Translations under genes and position numbers: made by a program
DNA from: Trichoplax adhaerens
Taxonomy: Eukaryota > Animalia > Placozoa
Assembly (NCBI RefSeq): GCF_000150275.1
Contig: NW_002060972.1
Location: 186,001-250,000, forward strand
Reading direction: 5' to 3'
DNA: 64,000 nt
Notes under the pieces: model-generated
Database searches by the model: none
What the model saw: only the letters and a program-made list of their open reading frames with translations
What the model was told of the DNA's origin: nothing
Shown: positions 1-14,100 of the stretch, piece after piece
Layout of the letters: each line of letters opens with the position of its first letter
How positions within the stretch are numbered: the first letter of the stretch is position 1

Positions 1-253
1 TACATTATTGTCTATACTTGACCTGATTTTGCTCCAAGTAATAAATCATACCTTCAAGAAATTCACTTCATTTATTCGTATAGTATTAAATGATGAACAC
101 GATTTATTGCCTATATTTTAAATAATCTAATTTTCGTTAATTAATTGGAATTTTTCAGCTAATTATATAATCAACCACACCGACAAAAAGTAGGTTATTA
201 TAATCATTATTCCTTTCATAATCATTCTCTGCTTTACTATTAATCTCATTTAG

Positions 254-3200
254 AAATTAATGAATGCTCTTCTAATCCTTGCCTTACTGGAGACTGTATC
301 GACAACATTAATCATTACACTTGCCAATGCTCACCCGGGATGACTGGTACCAATTGTGACACAGGTAACTGTATTAACTGTTGGATCAGCTTAAATAGGA
401 TTAAATTCAACTGCAAGGAAGATTAGTTACCTTAATATAACTATAACATCGAATCTAGATAAAAAATTAGTTTATTCTGATATTGATAATAAATAAATCG
501 TTATTTACAAATCATTAACGTAGAATAAGGCAGCATACATGTATAGCAAGTATAAATGCATAATGATTGAGTACTATTTGCTCAGCAGATACTATACATG
601 AACATCTATTTTTATTACCATTGCAGATGTAAATGAATGTTTAAACAAAAATGGTGGATGCAGCCACCATTGCAAGAATCTCTATTCCAGCTACTATTGC
701 ACATGTCCTGATAACTTAGAACTCCATACCGACAATCATACTTGCTTGGGTATGTATCTTAAGCTATCATTTAAATCAATCCATAGTTAGCTAAAAATTA
801 AAACTCACACCTCCAATAACAAACACGGTTACAAAATTATTTGCAATAGAAAGTATTATTTTACTATTATGATTATATTTAATCAAGCCTGGTGTCAATA
901 TCGATTATGCTTTATAATGATTGCTCTTTTATTATAGATCCTTGTTCCGTAAATCATATTTCTTTTAATAATACGTTTAATCAATCAAGCGATTTTATGA
1001 AAGTATTTAAAATAAACAGCCAGTGTAATTCTTATTCGAGAAACTATAAACCAGCTCGTTGGTATGAAGCTAATCTCCAAGATAATTGCACCAACTTAGC
1101 AAACTGGATCGATATCAACCAACAACAAGGCAAATGCACTGTAGTTACAAAAGCAAGCAACTTGCAATTAACTTCGTAACGAAATTCTCCATCATTCTAC
1201 TATCGTATATATAATTAGTTGCAGTATGAAATTACTATATCATAGAGTATTCCAAAATAGTTTTCATTATAAATGATAATGACTTTTATTTTGATTTCAA
1301 TCTTTAGTCAATCGTGACTTAAACCTAAAAAGTCGTCTGATCTGCATCAATTTTGGTCTTTCAACTTGTTTTAAGACACTGTCTATGAAAACGAAATCTT
1401 GCGCCAATGGAAAAGTAATTTATAAAGCAGATCCATCATCAGCATGCATTCTGAATTATTGTAGTCAAGTCAGTGATCCAGGTACGTAAGTTATTATTTC
1501 AATGTGTTGCAGATAGAAAGTTAGCCTTATGATGATCTCTAAATCGATGGATTAATTGATATTGAAAGATTACTGTAGATCGTCTCCTTGTCGTCAGGGA
1601 CAGTGTCTGTCTACAGCTTCTGGTTATCAATGTAAATGTTTTCGAGGATTTGTTGGATTAAACTGTCAATATAAAGGTAAAGAGATCATTTTCGATATAA
1701 CTAGTTAGTCACATTGACAAAATTTGCTACAATAGAAATAACTCTTCCTTTTAGAGGAATTATTTAAAGCAACAATCCTTATTTTCCGTCAATATTATAT
1801 ATAAATTGTTTATTATGACAGTATCACAGTTTAGGTAAAAATTGAGATCAGCTATATAGTTCTCCTGTAGGTTTCTCGTTCGTCTTAAAACTGAAGCTGC
1901 TTATTAAGCACATGCATGACACATCACATATTCCTTTATTAATATGCCAAAACAATATTCTGTATGCTAGAATTGTCTCTACTCTTACAATTAATATCAT
2001 TAGTTGTCTGTTAAATAAAGTGTTTACTGACAATAATAGTTTGATTATTTCAATCAATGAGCAAACTAATTGATAAAGGTGCGACTTCAATATTCATCCA
2101 TTTCCATTAAGCCTAGTTTTCGCAATTGATAGGAAGTGAAGCTTCATGATTTCAACTCTAATTCAATAAGTACCCTGCATAGGATATAATGACATATTCG
2201 GAAAGAAAGAGCTGGTTTATTGTACTGCTTCATATCATTCTAAAATAAAAGTGCCTTCAACATTAGAGTATTTTTATTAGCTTTGCTGTAATACTTCAGT
2301 TACTCTTTCGCATTAGTCTACCTCTATTTTACAACAGAATTTCCTTCGTGATAGCTCATTACATTGTAGATTCTAACATTTTTCGAACCATATCTTTTAC
2401 ACTGTATATCCGCCACTTTAGATTCTTGCTCATCCTTTCCTTGTCTGTATGGAAAATGCGAGATCACTTACAACGGCAATTATCAATGTCGATGTTATCC
2501 TTACTATACCGGAAATCGTTGCCAAACAAATATGAACGGTACGTCATCATCAAATGTACTTCTACTCGATTTACATATTTTACTTTCAACACTGAATTGA
2601 TTGTAAGTCGTTTATAAACCGAAATGACAATAATAATTGCTGAAAACTTGATCTATCCATGTAGTTCATATTGTTATTCATTCAATGTATCTTATTAGTT
2701 AAATAATACTGGCAAACAGCTAACAAAAGTTTTTACTTCTTTCATCAGCTACCGAATATTGTCTAACCAAAGCTAAATCTTGCTATGATATTGCCATGCA
2801 ACAGCCAAATAAAAAATTACCCAATCAATATTACGACATCTATGATGACGGAACTAGCAACTTTATGAAAGTTAAAAAATGGCGCGTCTACTGCGACTTT
2901 AACTCACAGCCTGGTTTTGCTTGGACTTTAATAGATTCATTTTCTTTTGCCAATAGACAGCATCCTAAAATAAGGCGTTCATTTCCGTACGATAGCCCCA
3001 TCAATCATGAAAACGTAAGCTCTAAGCCATGGCCATTATATCGCATGAGTCGCGAACAAATGTTATCTACCTATCATCAATATCAAAATTTCAGTGATGG
3101 AGGGCTATGGCGAGCAACATGTAATTTTAATTCCCTTTCTTTTCCTCTTCTAACCGATCCTGTCGATTATATACAAAGTTCATTTCTACGATGGAATATA

Positions 3201-3470
3201 TTGGAAGTTGGTACAGCAGATAGATGCCAATATATCGATTACGTTAACATTCGCGGCCACCTTTACAGAAATACAACACATTTTATTGACACGGGAACAT
3301 CAGAACATTTTCATATCGAATCTAGCTTTGGCTGTTCTGATAAGACAGTTCCCGATTCTGTCTATAGTGAAGATAATTTTGGCCAGTATGAAAGTTACAA
3401 TAGATTGTTTACTTGTAGTGCCAATGCAACTAGTATCTCAAGTTGGTGGATAGGGACAAAAATTCAATAA
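254..3470 (+). CDS. Multi-exon extracellular protein, 5'-incomplete: Ca-binding EGF x2, uromodulin/GP2-type D8C-like domain, EGF x2, C-terminal fibrinogen/intelectin-related domain
   Basis: Phase-1 GT-AG exons at 254-364 ([36 protein letters not shown]), 627-749 ([16 protein letters not shown]...), 938-1175 plus 1308-1481 (DPC...WY...C...W / [11 protein letters not shown]...[11 protein letters not shown]...CILNYC), 1569-1676, 2422-2538 and 2749-3470 (SCYDI...NQYYDI...VYCDF..GFAWTLI). An AATAAA lies near 3763. Confidence 0.85.
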
Positions 3471-5145
3471 TAGCGGAATTCTGTCATAGGCATCGTCAAT
3501 TGATGAAGAATTCTGTCATTTAGCGATAAGTCCATCATAATTAAGAAATTAGTAATTTCCATCTATCCTAAAACTCCAATCTGTACTTGTAGTAGGCACA
3601 TTATGTAAGCCTTCAAGCTGTTATATTCTAGTATAAAAATGCTTGGAAATTGATTTCATAAAGACATGTGAACAAGTGAGATTTCCATTATAATAATTCA
3701 ATAACTGCCACATGCATACAGATATCTACGATGTACCGTGAAATTAATACTCTAAATGTGCAATAAATAAGCATCTTGAAAATCATCCGCGAGATGGGTT
3801 GCATTTTATTCGTGTTTATTCCTTTTTCTTCCATCTTACTTCCATTTGCAAGATATCAACTGTTCTAGAAGATCACAATGGTCCGGCAGGTCTTACTCAA
3901 TAATGCAAGATAGCTCCGTCTCTTTTTCTTTGAAAATAATGATATTAACTATCAGCCAGTATTTTATAAAATATGAATGTTTATCAGTAAGATCATTTGT
4001 ACTTACATAAAAAGTAATCTAATTAAACCAAGTAGCAAAAGTAATCATACCAGTTATACAATTTAGGTTAAAGTTTATTCAGTTACTCGTATGTTGTTTT
4101 CCTCTCCTGTATGATTGTCGTCCGTACTGAAATTGATGCTTTATTTAAGTATGTAACATAAACAACTAAAAAGGAAATTACAAAAAATGGGAAAAGAAAG
4201 ATCTCACCTGCCAAACTGCTTGATATCTAAAATAGAAAGATCTTACAACACTTCAGCTACTACATTATGACTGCGAAATTTCTATTTTATAAGGTGATAT
4301 TTATTAGGATAGCTATAATAGTAATGGCAGATTTTATTACTCATTGAATCTTATCACTATCATTCTACATTCGTTATTTTTGCTTTTATAATTCTTGTCA
4401 GTATGGAATTTTGTATAATTTTTAACCATACCAGTTACCGATGCTAACTTGATAACACTAGAAATCGTTGCCAAGCATTGGAGATCGAAAAGATGTATGA
4501 GAAAGGTATATCATTACGAATGAGCAATTCGACTTAATTTATTTTAATATTGCATTGATTGCAAGTTACTAATAAGCCAAAATAAATGCAGGTATTCAAG
4601 AAAACTGAATATAGCCTCGCATTTTTTATATTCAATTAATTGATTGCACCTCACCAGCTAAAAATGATTTAAAAATAGTCACGAGAAATGTTTATTCTTC
4701 GATCAGTATCCACATATTGTCAAACCAGACCCAATTCTTGTCATGATCAACTTGATAAATTAAGAAGGAATGAAAAATTGCCATATCAATGTTGCGACGG
4801 ATTTATTGCCAAGATCGAATCGATCTCGCGTAAAAGTGTAAAAATAGATATGCTAAGTTGTAAGATGAAACTACTTTAACAACTGCAAAGTTTGTACACT
4901 ATTCAATTTCATATTTTATACAGTAAAAAAAAGGCTAGAGTAGACTTCTCATGGAAAGAAACTTTAGCAGAATTATTATACTATGACAGTATGGCAATCG
5001 TCAAGTTATTCGTGGCAGTAAAAAGAGTGAATAACTCTTGAGGTATGATTATCGTAGCCATATCATTTCTGTTCGCTTCCAGAACCCTAGTTCTGAGATT
5101 ACTTGAACATTCTGTCATCACAACCGCTTTTATCCTCGACAAAGT

Positions 5146-5172
5146 ATTAGGACGAGCTTACGCATCGTAACA
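5146..5172 (-). mobile_element. Isolated 5' terminus of the same LTR family as 7019-7394 and 35802-36238
   Basis: Its reverse complement TGTTACGATGCGTAAGCTCGTCCTAAT is identical over 27 bp to the start of the solo LTR at 35802. Similarity stops beyond that. Confidence 0.6.
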
Positions 5173-5489
5173 GGCAGAGATAGGACAAGCATGAATAATT
5201 CCTAGTGGAAATCGACTGCTGCTTCATGATTATTACGATAAACATTGTCTGAAATATCATTAACAAGGAACATTCTGATAGTATCAATACAATTTAAATT
5301 GAAAATGGGCCGCTGTCATTACCACAATCTGTTTTAGTATTACAGTAACTAAATTACGGAAGGTTATAACCTTTACTGGCAAGCTATTGACACTACAATA
5401 AATCATTTTAAGAGGCTGAATAAGCTAATCATCCCCAAAATATCGCCATGCAGCGTCTATTAGACGTCGATTTGACATACCGATACATT

Positions 5490-5800
5490 AATAGCATTCC
5501 AGCTATTGTTATGTCATTGCAGAATGTAGACGAAATAGATCAACTCTAGTTGATGATATCATTGCCCTACACAATTTGGTTTTATTTTCCCCTTAGTAGC
5601 ATTGGATTTTTTCAATTTTTTTGTTGATGAACTTTAGAATTGTGAAGAAGAGGGATTTACTGCAGCTTCACTCTCTCACATATGAACATAAATGGTGTTT
5701 CTTACACACTAATTTGCAATCAGCCATCGTTGTCCGTACAAAAGATGATGAGGTAAACCAACATAATCGTAACAGAGTTAAACAGGAAATGCAATTTATT
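5490..5800 (+). pseudogene. Degenerate exon remnant, paralogous to 21181-21490, possibly death-fold/CARD-like
   Basis: Aligns by eye over about 300 bp with 21181-21490 (shared agacgaaatagatcaact and aatcagccatcg blocks). The translation AECRRNRSTLVDDIIALHNLV is interrupted by stops. Confidence 0.4.
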
Positions 5801-5845
5801 AATAGCTGTAATCACGGTATTTCTGATATCTATCTGCCGCTTCAT

Positions 5846-6184
5846 TTTAATACTGCTAGAAAAGCGATGAAATCATTCACACCAATCCGTATCCCAAATG
5901 AATATAAGATATACATTTTAGTTTAGTGTAGTAGTTTCAGCGAATTACAGTAGTAATTGAAGTACAGTAGCATCAAAAAAGTAGGATAGTTTCCTATGCT
6001 TATAATCTTGTATCATGTTATAGATTTGCTCAATTTTAATAACTCAGATTTTGAGTTGGAAGATTGCGAACCAAAGGGGTTGCAAACCCAAGCTTTTCAC
6101 GAGTTTAATACTGCTAGAAAAGTGATGAAATCATTCGCACTAATCCGTTTCCCATATGAACAAAAGATATGCATTTAAGTTTAG
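5846..6184 (+). repeat. About 80-bp imperfect direct repeat (5846-5927 and 6103-6184)
   Basis: tttaatactgctagaaaag(c/t)gatgaaatcattc...atccgt...aagatat..attt.agtttag occurs twice. Confidence 0.8.
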
Positions 6185-7018
6185 ATTTCACTGTATGTTT
6201 TTAAATTCGTGATCTCTTTTACTTTTAACTTGCCAATTTAATATACATTTATTACCGGTACTCGTTAGATTGGTAAAATTTTCTCTATGCTTCACTCACT
6301 ACCGCATTAAAGGATTTGATATTATCTGTTTGTTACACTATGGAGTACAATGAATATTAGCCACTTTATATGCTATGCTATCGAAATAAAAATATGTGTA
6401 TGACAAGCATTATATCAACTTCAACTTTATTTAGGAACCTTCTGGATTTAATGTCCTTCCCTAAAAAATGTAGCAGCTATATATGCAAGAAATATTGTAC
6501 TGTGCTCATAGAATCTTCATGCATTGATGAACGAACTACTGTACACGGCTGTAATCTACATGAAATTATGTCTATCATATTACTTACAATCTAGTGTTAA
6601 AAGAAACTTTTTAATAAAGTGAAAATATGATGTAAGACAACAGGCAATGAGCTAATTATTTTTGAAATTGTAATTGAAGATAGTGCATTTACGATTCTCT
6701 CCGTTAATTCAATTAGTAAATGTAGCGAGTAAGTAGCTAATTATTATAAATTTTTAATGAAGACGAAGACATTTATGAAAGTTGCCGTTTTTCAATTAAT
6801 AAATATGCTGGTAGAGAGTAGGACAGACGATCAATATAATTGCTAGCATTCTAATCACGATTTGAGTCACAACAAAAGCAATTAAATAAATAAATCATAG
6901 AATGGCAATACTTCAAATATGCATCCTTAATTAGTTTGTAACTTGTACTGTGATTTTTGTACATGGACTACATCACTTAGCCTTACCGTAAGAATTCCCG
7001 CTATGTAACTTGCACCTC

Positions 7019-7394
7019 TATTATGATGCGTAAGCTCTTAAAGGGTAGTTTTACTTTATGTGCATTAGGAGTTTCTGACGAGACTATTAAAGGCTGGTAT
7101 CTGAAGATCCCTTTTTGGTTAGTTAGTCGGTTAGACAGTCAACTAGTTTATCAATTGCTATTGAATTGTAAAGATTATAATCTTGGGTGCTAAGATTTCT
7201 TCAGTAATAAATAGTAGTCAATCTCTGACTACCTCGTCTACACTGTCAGTGACTCTTTGATTATACTATAGTATTCGGTCGTTGGAACTGAATTATTTGG
7301 TGATGTAGCTAATCTCGTCTCTTTAAGTCAGTAAGTGGCGTTCTCCGCAAGGATTGGCATGTGTAAACTAATTTGTCACTAGTGGTGTGTGACA
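7019..7394 (+). mobile_element. Solo LTR (older, degenerate copy)
   Basis: Aligns end to end with 35802-36238 except in the 5' part. It ends GTGTGACA, its 5' TG is mutated to TA, and it is flanked by ACCTC/ACCAC (5-bp TSD with one mismatch). Confidence 0.8.
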
Positions 7395-9180
7395 ACCACA
7401 TATATATGGCAAAAGGTATAAAGGATGAGTAGTCAGTTAACTGATTACTTCCTTTATTTTACTGTATTAAACTGTACTCGAGTAAATATTAATAAAATGT
7501 AAGCTATATTAGTTTTAGTCTAAATAGCCTTATATTGCGTGGTATAGATTAATAGATTAGTCTTTCACCGTAGAACTCTACCTACGAAACGTATACGTAA
7601 TCTACTAAATTAACGTAATTCGTTGACGAAGACTACTTTGCGATAGCTAGACTATCTCAGTTCATGTTTTTCAAAAATTCATTATATATAATTATATTAT
7701 TAAAGCATCATATTAACAAATACATGATTCAATCATAGAAGAAATCGAAATTTTATACTGTAGAAACACAATAATTTTTTGTTAATCATAGTAATCGCTG
7801 CTTTTAATGACATCAGCTTAGCATAGATGGCCAGTATCAAGTAGAGAATAGACATAGTTTCATAGAATCGCTGAATTTCAGAATCTAGTATGCTAGTCTG
7901 ATTGGACATTTGTAAATAATTCATTTTTAGATTAATCATAGAAATTTTTGCGGCCTGCCTCAATTAAATCTATATTAGGAAAACTATCCAAATTTTATAC
8001 TGCGAAAGAAATGTTATGATAGGGGCCAGACATAACAAACTCACGTCGGTGCCAATGGCGTAGAACACCCATCAAGTGTATGGTAAAAATTTTTGTATTT
8101 ATAGATTTAAAATGATCATCGCTTACCTTAATTATGTAGTAGAGAGTCACATCAATATTAAATATTAGGACAAAAATACACTTATGTAGACATAATATAA
8201 ATATAAAAATGGATAAAAAATTAGGGGAGCAAAAATTATAGCAATTAAATAATAAACTAAGAACACTTACTAGCATAAATGTGATAAAATGCAATGTTGG
8301 CACCATGCTATTAATGCAAGGCAGGTAGGATTGAAATTTTAGCATGAAAGAATGGAAAAGATATTGGTTTGTAAGAAAGTTTGAAGACAAATTAAATTAT
8401 TATTCTCCCCGATGCAATTAAAATTAAATATCTACATCGACTATGTTTTAATAATAATGGATGGTACAAGAAATAAAATATTTTGTATCAGTAAAAAGAA
8501 CAGAATTTTATTTTAATGACCTTACAGCAATACACGTATCAATCTGCGAAATTAATCAACAAGGAAATTTATAATAGCTAGTGAAGCGATTTCAGCAGTC
8601 ATGACTTCTGCAAGTGCAACAGTAAAAGAAGTTAAAGCACTAGGTGACAAAAAAATAGTTGATAGTGGAAAGTAATAAAGTAATTATAGATGATGGCTGG
8701 TATAATGGAGCGAAGAAGGCCATAGCTGACGGCCATATAAAGATCTGCGGTTGAGTAATACTCTGATATGATTCTGAATTCCTGAGTAGAGAGTTACAGC
8801 TGAGTATTCAACTATATTTTGTATAGGTAATATGGAATTGTTGTTTAGAGTTTATAAGATTAAAGGGCTATTGATCTTTTTGCTTAACATTAGCGATCGG
8901 CAGTGTTTAAATAACCTATATTTGTGATAAGGATTGCTAATCTTAGGTTAAAAGCCCAATCATTACCGTTTGGATTATTTTATTGCTGGAAATTTAAATT
9001 TAAATTTTATCATTACTACAAAGTGAGTGTCTAAGCTTTCTCAAATTCATCGATTACAGAGAAAAGCTTCCCTGGATTTTATTTCCCACCATGAGGTAAA
9101 TTTTCGCCATCTTGAATACATTATCACATTTCCCTTAACATTTACGAACGAACATTTACAAACGTAATTTCTCCATGGTA

Positions 9181-9500
9181 CACAATATAACCTTTGTTAT
9201 TGAAGTTATTTATTTATTTTACCCTTATTACAGTAATCTTTCATATAATAGCAACATTAACGATCGATTTTTTCGCTGTATTGCTTGATGACCTCGCATT
9301 AAAGGCAACTATAAAAGGGTTCGCCATGCTAAGGGTAGCAAGAATTTCGTTACGACGTTTTCGTTGGTGTATTGAAAGTATCGATTGCAACCAAATTATA
9401 TCAATTTCATATTCGAACAAGAAACACTATTAGTATTGAGCTTTTCAAAAAATGTCCAGAATTCTATTTTCAATGCAGTTTGCGGTAAGCTGTAATTTCG
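9181..9500 (+). pseudogene. Decayed duplicated exon of an unknown protein, paralogous to 18181-18490
   Basis: The two copies share W.(I/F)(E/Q)S(I/V)DCNQI(I/V)SI.YSNK with several synonymous third-position differences (tgc/tgt, aac/aat, tcg/tca). Both carry stops or frameshifts. Confidence 0.5.
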
Positions 9501-11123
9501 TAATAGCATAACCTAGGCAGTATGTCTTCGTATACTTGAAGAGCTAATACTAAGACTATGGCAGATATATTATTAGAGTAACACCGTCTAGTCTATTTGT
9601 TAATCGAAAATTTAAAATAAAGCTATCATAGTTTTTATCTAATCTTAAATACAACATACAATTTTCTTACATTTTCTTATTCTATCCTCTAGATTTTGAG
9701 TCTTTTCCTTACTAGCTTGCAAGCCTTAGGTAATGTAAAAACAAAGTGTTATCTTCCTAGCTGCAACAACTGGAATGTAATAAATAAACTACTTGTATTT
9801 TGGCTATAGCTTTGACATTTGTAATTTGCTGCACTATCAAAACCTATAACGTCTATTGCAAAATTAATTTTTCATAAACTTTTCTACTCCATTTTCTATC
9901 CTTTTAATTTTTTTACCCATATAAAATATAGTTTTTAATCATGATAAAGAAAATCTCATAGAGCAAAATGTCACGGCTCACACATAAAATGCTTCCGCTG
10001 TTGTCAATTTGCTGTTCTTTATCACAGATATACATCAGACTAAGGATTTTCTTGCAATTGAATATAGATTAGTTAAATTATAATTTTAAATGTCCTTTTA
10101 TTCGATACATTCGTTATTTAATGAAGACTTAGATGTTATTCTTGATATCATTACCTCTTTTACAGGGGTTGAGCATTGCTAGTTCAATTCATACTGCAAC
10201 ATAGGCACAAAACTGTCCATACATTTATTTATTTTTTATTTCTTGGCGGTCCAATTAGTATATTTGCAGATACACTAACCTAAGCATTTTATTGTTACAT
10301 AGCTTTGAAGTTTAATAACAATAATACATCAACTACACGCCAACAAATCTCATACATTTTACGATCGTAAATACCTTAACTATCCGATTAAGATCAGTTT
10401 CATTAATGAACTATTTTGAGAGTGATTTTCATACCCATTGCTATTGTAGGTTAGTCGATCAGTTGTGGAGCAAGAGTAAAAAGGGCGCTCGTTTCAGTGC
10501 TTTGCATTCTCAGTTTGTGTTCAGATAATATAGTAGCTTCCTTCCAATTAATATTGAGTGGGTTATAATATACAATTACTTCAGATTATTTATCTTTAAA
10601 ATTCTACTAAATTTTTGCTAATTAAACAATGTATTTAATAAGGCTACTGTAACAAATGCTTATCAGGCTGCAGTACGGTAGGGATAAAGTACTTACATTA
10701 GATGTTAAGTACCTTGTATTTCTCAAAATATTTTTCGAATAGTACCGATTTTCATCACGGTGATAGTTTTGTGTGTAGATGTAATGAATGAGATAGATTA
10801 TTATCAACTTGATTCTATTCTGATGACTGACTTAATTTGAATGATATCATAGTAAGAAATACTACCTGGCTTCTATTGTAGCCATAACGTAACTTATTGT
10901 GGTTAGTTATTAAAATTATACATTAGGATATCTTCAAACCACATGACAAAAACTGCGTGCATAATTTCGACAAAATCTCTGACTCAGTTAATGATATTGC
11001 TGTAATTCAAAGGCAACACATTGATCAAAATTTTCCTTTAATTTCAATTTGCAAACTTTATTATAAACAATAACTTAAAAAAAGATTACTTAAGCGAATA
11101 AAATTCTCTATTATAATTCTTAG

Positions 11124-14100
11124 AAGATCCATGTTCCAAATCAACAACTTTTGTCAATGATTCTATGGCCCAAAATCTCGATTTATTACCTGATAATCAG
11201 CTAAAACGCCCTAGCTTCAACATTTCTAAGCAGAAACATTCTACTTTACGGTGGTATAGAACCAGTGCTCCAAGAAATTGTTTACCTGTGGCTAGATGGA
11301 TTAATAACGACTTGCACAGTAAGCTCTTACGGCTGCTGTACTGCTATGTTTGCATCCAAGGGTACCTTGTTAACCATACGATTCAATAATTGTTTACAAT
11401 TGATCTAATGCATTTGTAATTTTTGTTGTACTATTAATATATCATCTAGAATCAATATTAATAGTAAATTACCTTAAATTGCCTTGTAAAAGATTGATAG
11501 GCTGTATAGCATTCCAATTCTTGAATAAATATTGCAAAATATAGCCATAATAGAAACCGTAAATTTTAGTCGATGTCTGATCAGTAGTTCCAATGCGTTA
11601 ATTCTAATCTATTTTATAGAGTCAAAATTAAAATTTCTTTCATCGATATTAATTACTGTATCAAATACATATCCAATGGAACTTATTCATAAAACTAGAT
11701 GTTGATTACAGCCTTTAAGAATAACAGTAAACATAGTGATAATTAAAGTTTCAGATCTTGCAATAGTTTATAAATAAAAACAGTGTTAAATGTGCATTGG
11801 ATTTCTCTTAGCTAATTAATAAAGTATCATAAGTTGAACAATCGTCGCAAATTCATATTGATAGCAATTATTACTGTAGTTAAACTAAAACAGACATTAA
11901 ACAGTTGATTCAATATCATATTTTGTAAGGTAGATAAACAAAGCCATCAAACCAATACGCTGATAAATTTTTTAATTTAACTAAATAATAGATTTATTTC
12001 TTTTCAAGCTGTACTTTGCTCATTGTATCTTTCAATTTTCTATCATTAGTGACAGGCACTTCTTATAATTTAATTTACTGTTTATTGCAGATGATACCGG
12101 AAGAAGAAATTTATGTTTTCACTTTGGACAAGCACGATGTTTACGTAATATTTCTATTGCCTACAAAAAATGCTCCGATTACATGGTCTATAAAATGGAT
12201 AAATTATCCGTGTCTTACTTAAGTTCTTGCAGTCATGTTGAAGGTATTTTGGATTTTAATTTAATTTATTTAGCTATCAGAAAACTCATAAGAAAGACAA
12301 CTAGAATATTATTCATCTTCAGAACAATGCTTAATGTTTAATTTAAATCTTTTCATATCAAAATAAGATAATTGCAATCAGAACCCTTGCCAAAATGGAG
12401 GAAAATGTAAATTGATAAAAGGCGGCACTGGATATCAATGTCAATGTCGACTAGGGTATCACGGAAAAACTTGTCAGATACGTAAGTAACGAGGAATTTG
12501 TAAAATATTCATGCATATAATTAAATGAATTAAAGCTTTACGACTTCGTTCGACGTATCGCAATAGTATCAAATGTTAGTTTGTGGATAATGCAATATTT
12601 TTGACAATGTTGTAGCTTTCAATGTGTCGACAGAAATTGAGCTAGTTATTATTGAAACACTGGTACAATATCTGTGCCAGAAAATAGACTCTTTATTCGC
12701 TGATGATAAAATTATTACATGGGATAGTTGCTATAGATCAATGTGTAAGCTGTCTTAAAAGTATCCGAGAAAAACTAACACGGCAATAATTGCACTGTAT
12801 GAGATATGAGTCAGAGTTCGGCTATTGTAATGACCGAGTAATAGTTTTTTACTATTACTGTAGGTTCGCTACCTCTAACTCTTAATCTCAATTATTTAAG
12901 TTGAGCAAATCCTTATCATATGCAATAAACCGTCACAGCCGAGAGAGTAGTTTTAAACTACGTTTACTATTCCGCCTGAGCGTGGCAGTGAATTCTATTT
13001 TCACCTCTCATATAATCAGTCGAAAACGGTTAAGATAAATCGGATAAACGGACTTTAGATTATTTTTACAAGCAATCATTTCCATACAGAATTATATAGC
13101 ATAAGCTTACATCCTATAGTAAACGTATTAATCTAATGTTATTAAAAAACAGAAATCGACCCTGGTTAAGATGAAATAATTAACTTTCAACACGTAACTA
13201 ATAGTTTATCAATATCTATATTAGAACGATAGGTTACACACATATATAGCTATCATCAAAATAGCATAGATTAACATCATTGAAATCATTGCAGCTATAT
13301 ATATAGTTTTAGAGGCATAGAATGCATGCAGAGAATAAGATTGTAGCATTAAATGTAAAATATTGAATACTATAAGTATCGAGTACAAGGAAATAGAGAT
13401 CTATTCAAAGAAACATGTAGGACAAATTTCGTCACTCTTTCTAGATAAAAACTCAACAGAAAAATCGTTCAGATAAAGAATATAATTATCAGACATTGCT
13501 CTAGTTGTGATCGAAATCGCATTCAGAAATTCATTTTCTGTGCATTATTAAAGTCTTTTAATTAATTTAAATTAAATTGAGGTTTTATAATTAATTCTAC
13601 ACGGCATAAAATCATATAATGTAATTCTAGATTATTGACATATGGCATCGATCATTTTATAATACAGTATTTCTAAGAAATTTTACTAAAATAAATTTTT
13701 ATCATGTGTAATTTCCAGGTTCTTGTTGCCCTAATCCTTGCCAATTCGGTCGATGTATTACCGAAAGAAATGGTTATTATTGTCAATGTCAAGCCGGATA
13801 TACTGGAAATTACTGTCAAAAAAGTAAATGATACTGTATAAACATTCAATTTTCATATTTACACGTTAATTTCTCTCAGGAAAGATTTGATAAAAGTTTC
13901 TAATAAGAAAGATCTTTATATTTGTATTAGTAGATGCTTTATCCTGAGCACCGATATAAGTGTAGTATCGTAGCTTTGAAAATTTCATTTATTTCTGTTT
14001 ATCAGTTTTGTAATTTCTCATTTCTGGTATTTCCTATTAGCCTGACAGTGAAGAATTTGCTGCAAGCATTACTTGCATTAACGTATTTATTACGGAATAA

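Noticed and set aside
5113-5172. Possible 60-bp mini-LTR (TGTCA...TAACA)
   Set aside because: The flanks CATTC and GGCAG are not a TSD, and only the right end matches the LTR family.
7733-8390. Minus-strand ORFs of 76 and 131 aa
   Set aside because: AT-rich, low-information translations with no motifs or supporting splice structure.
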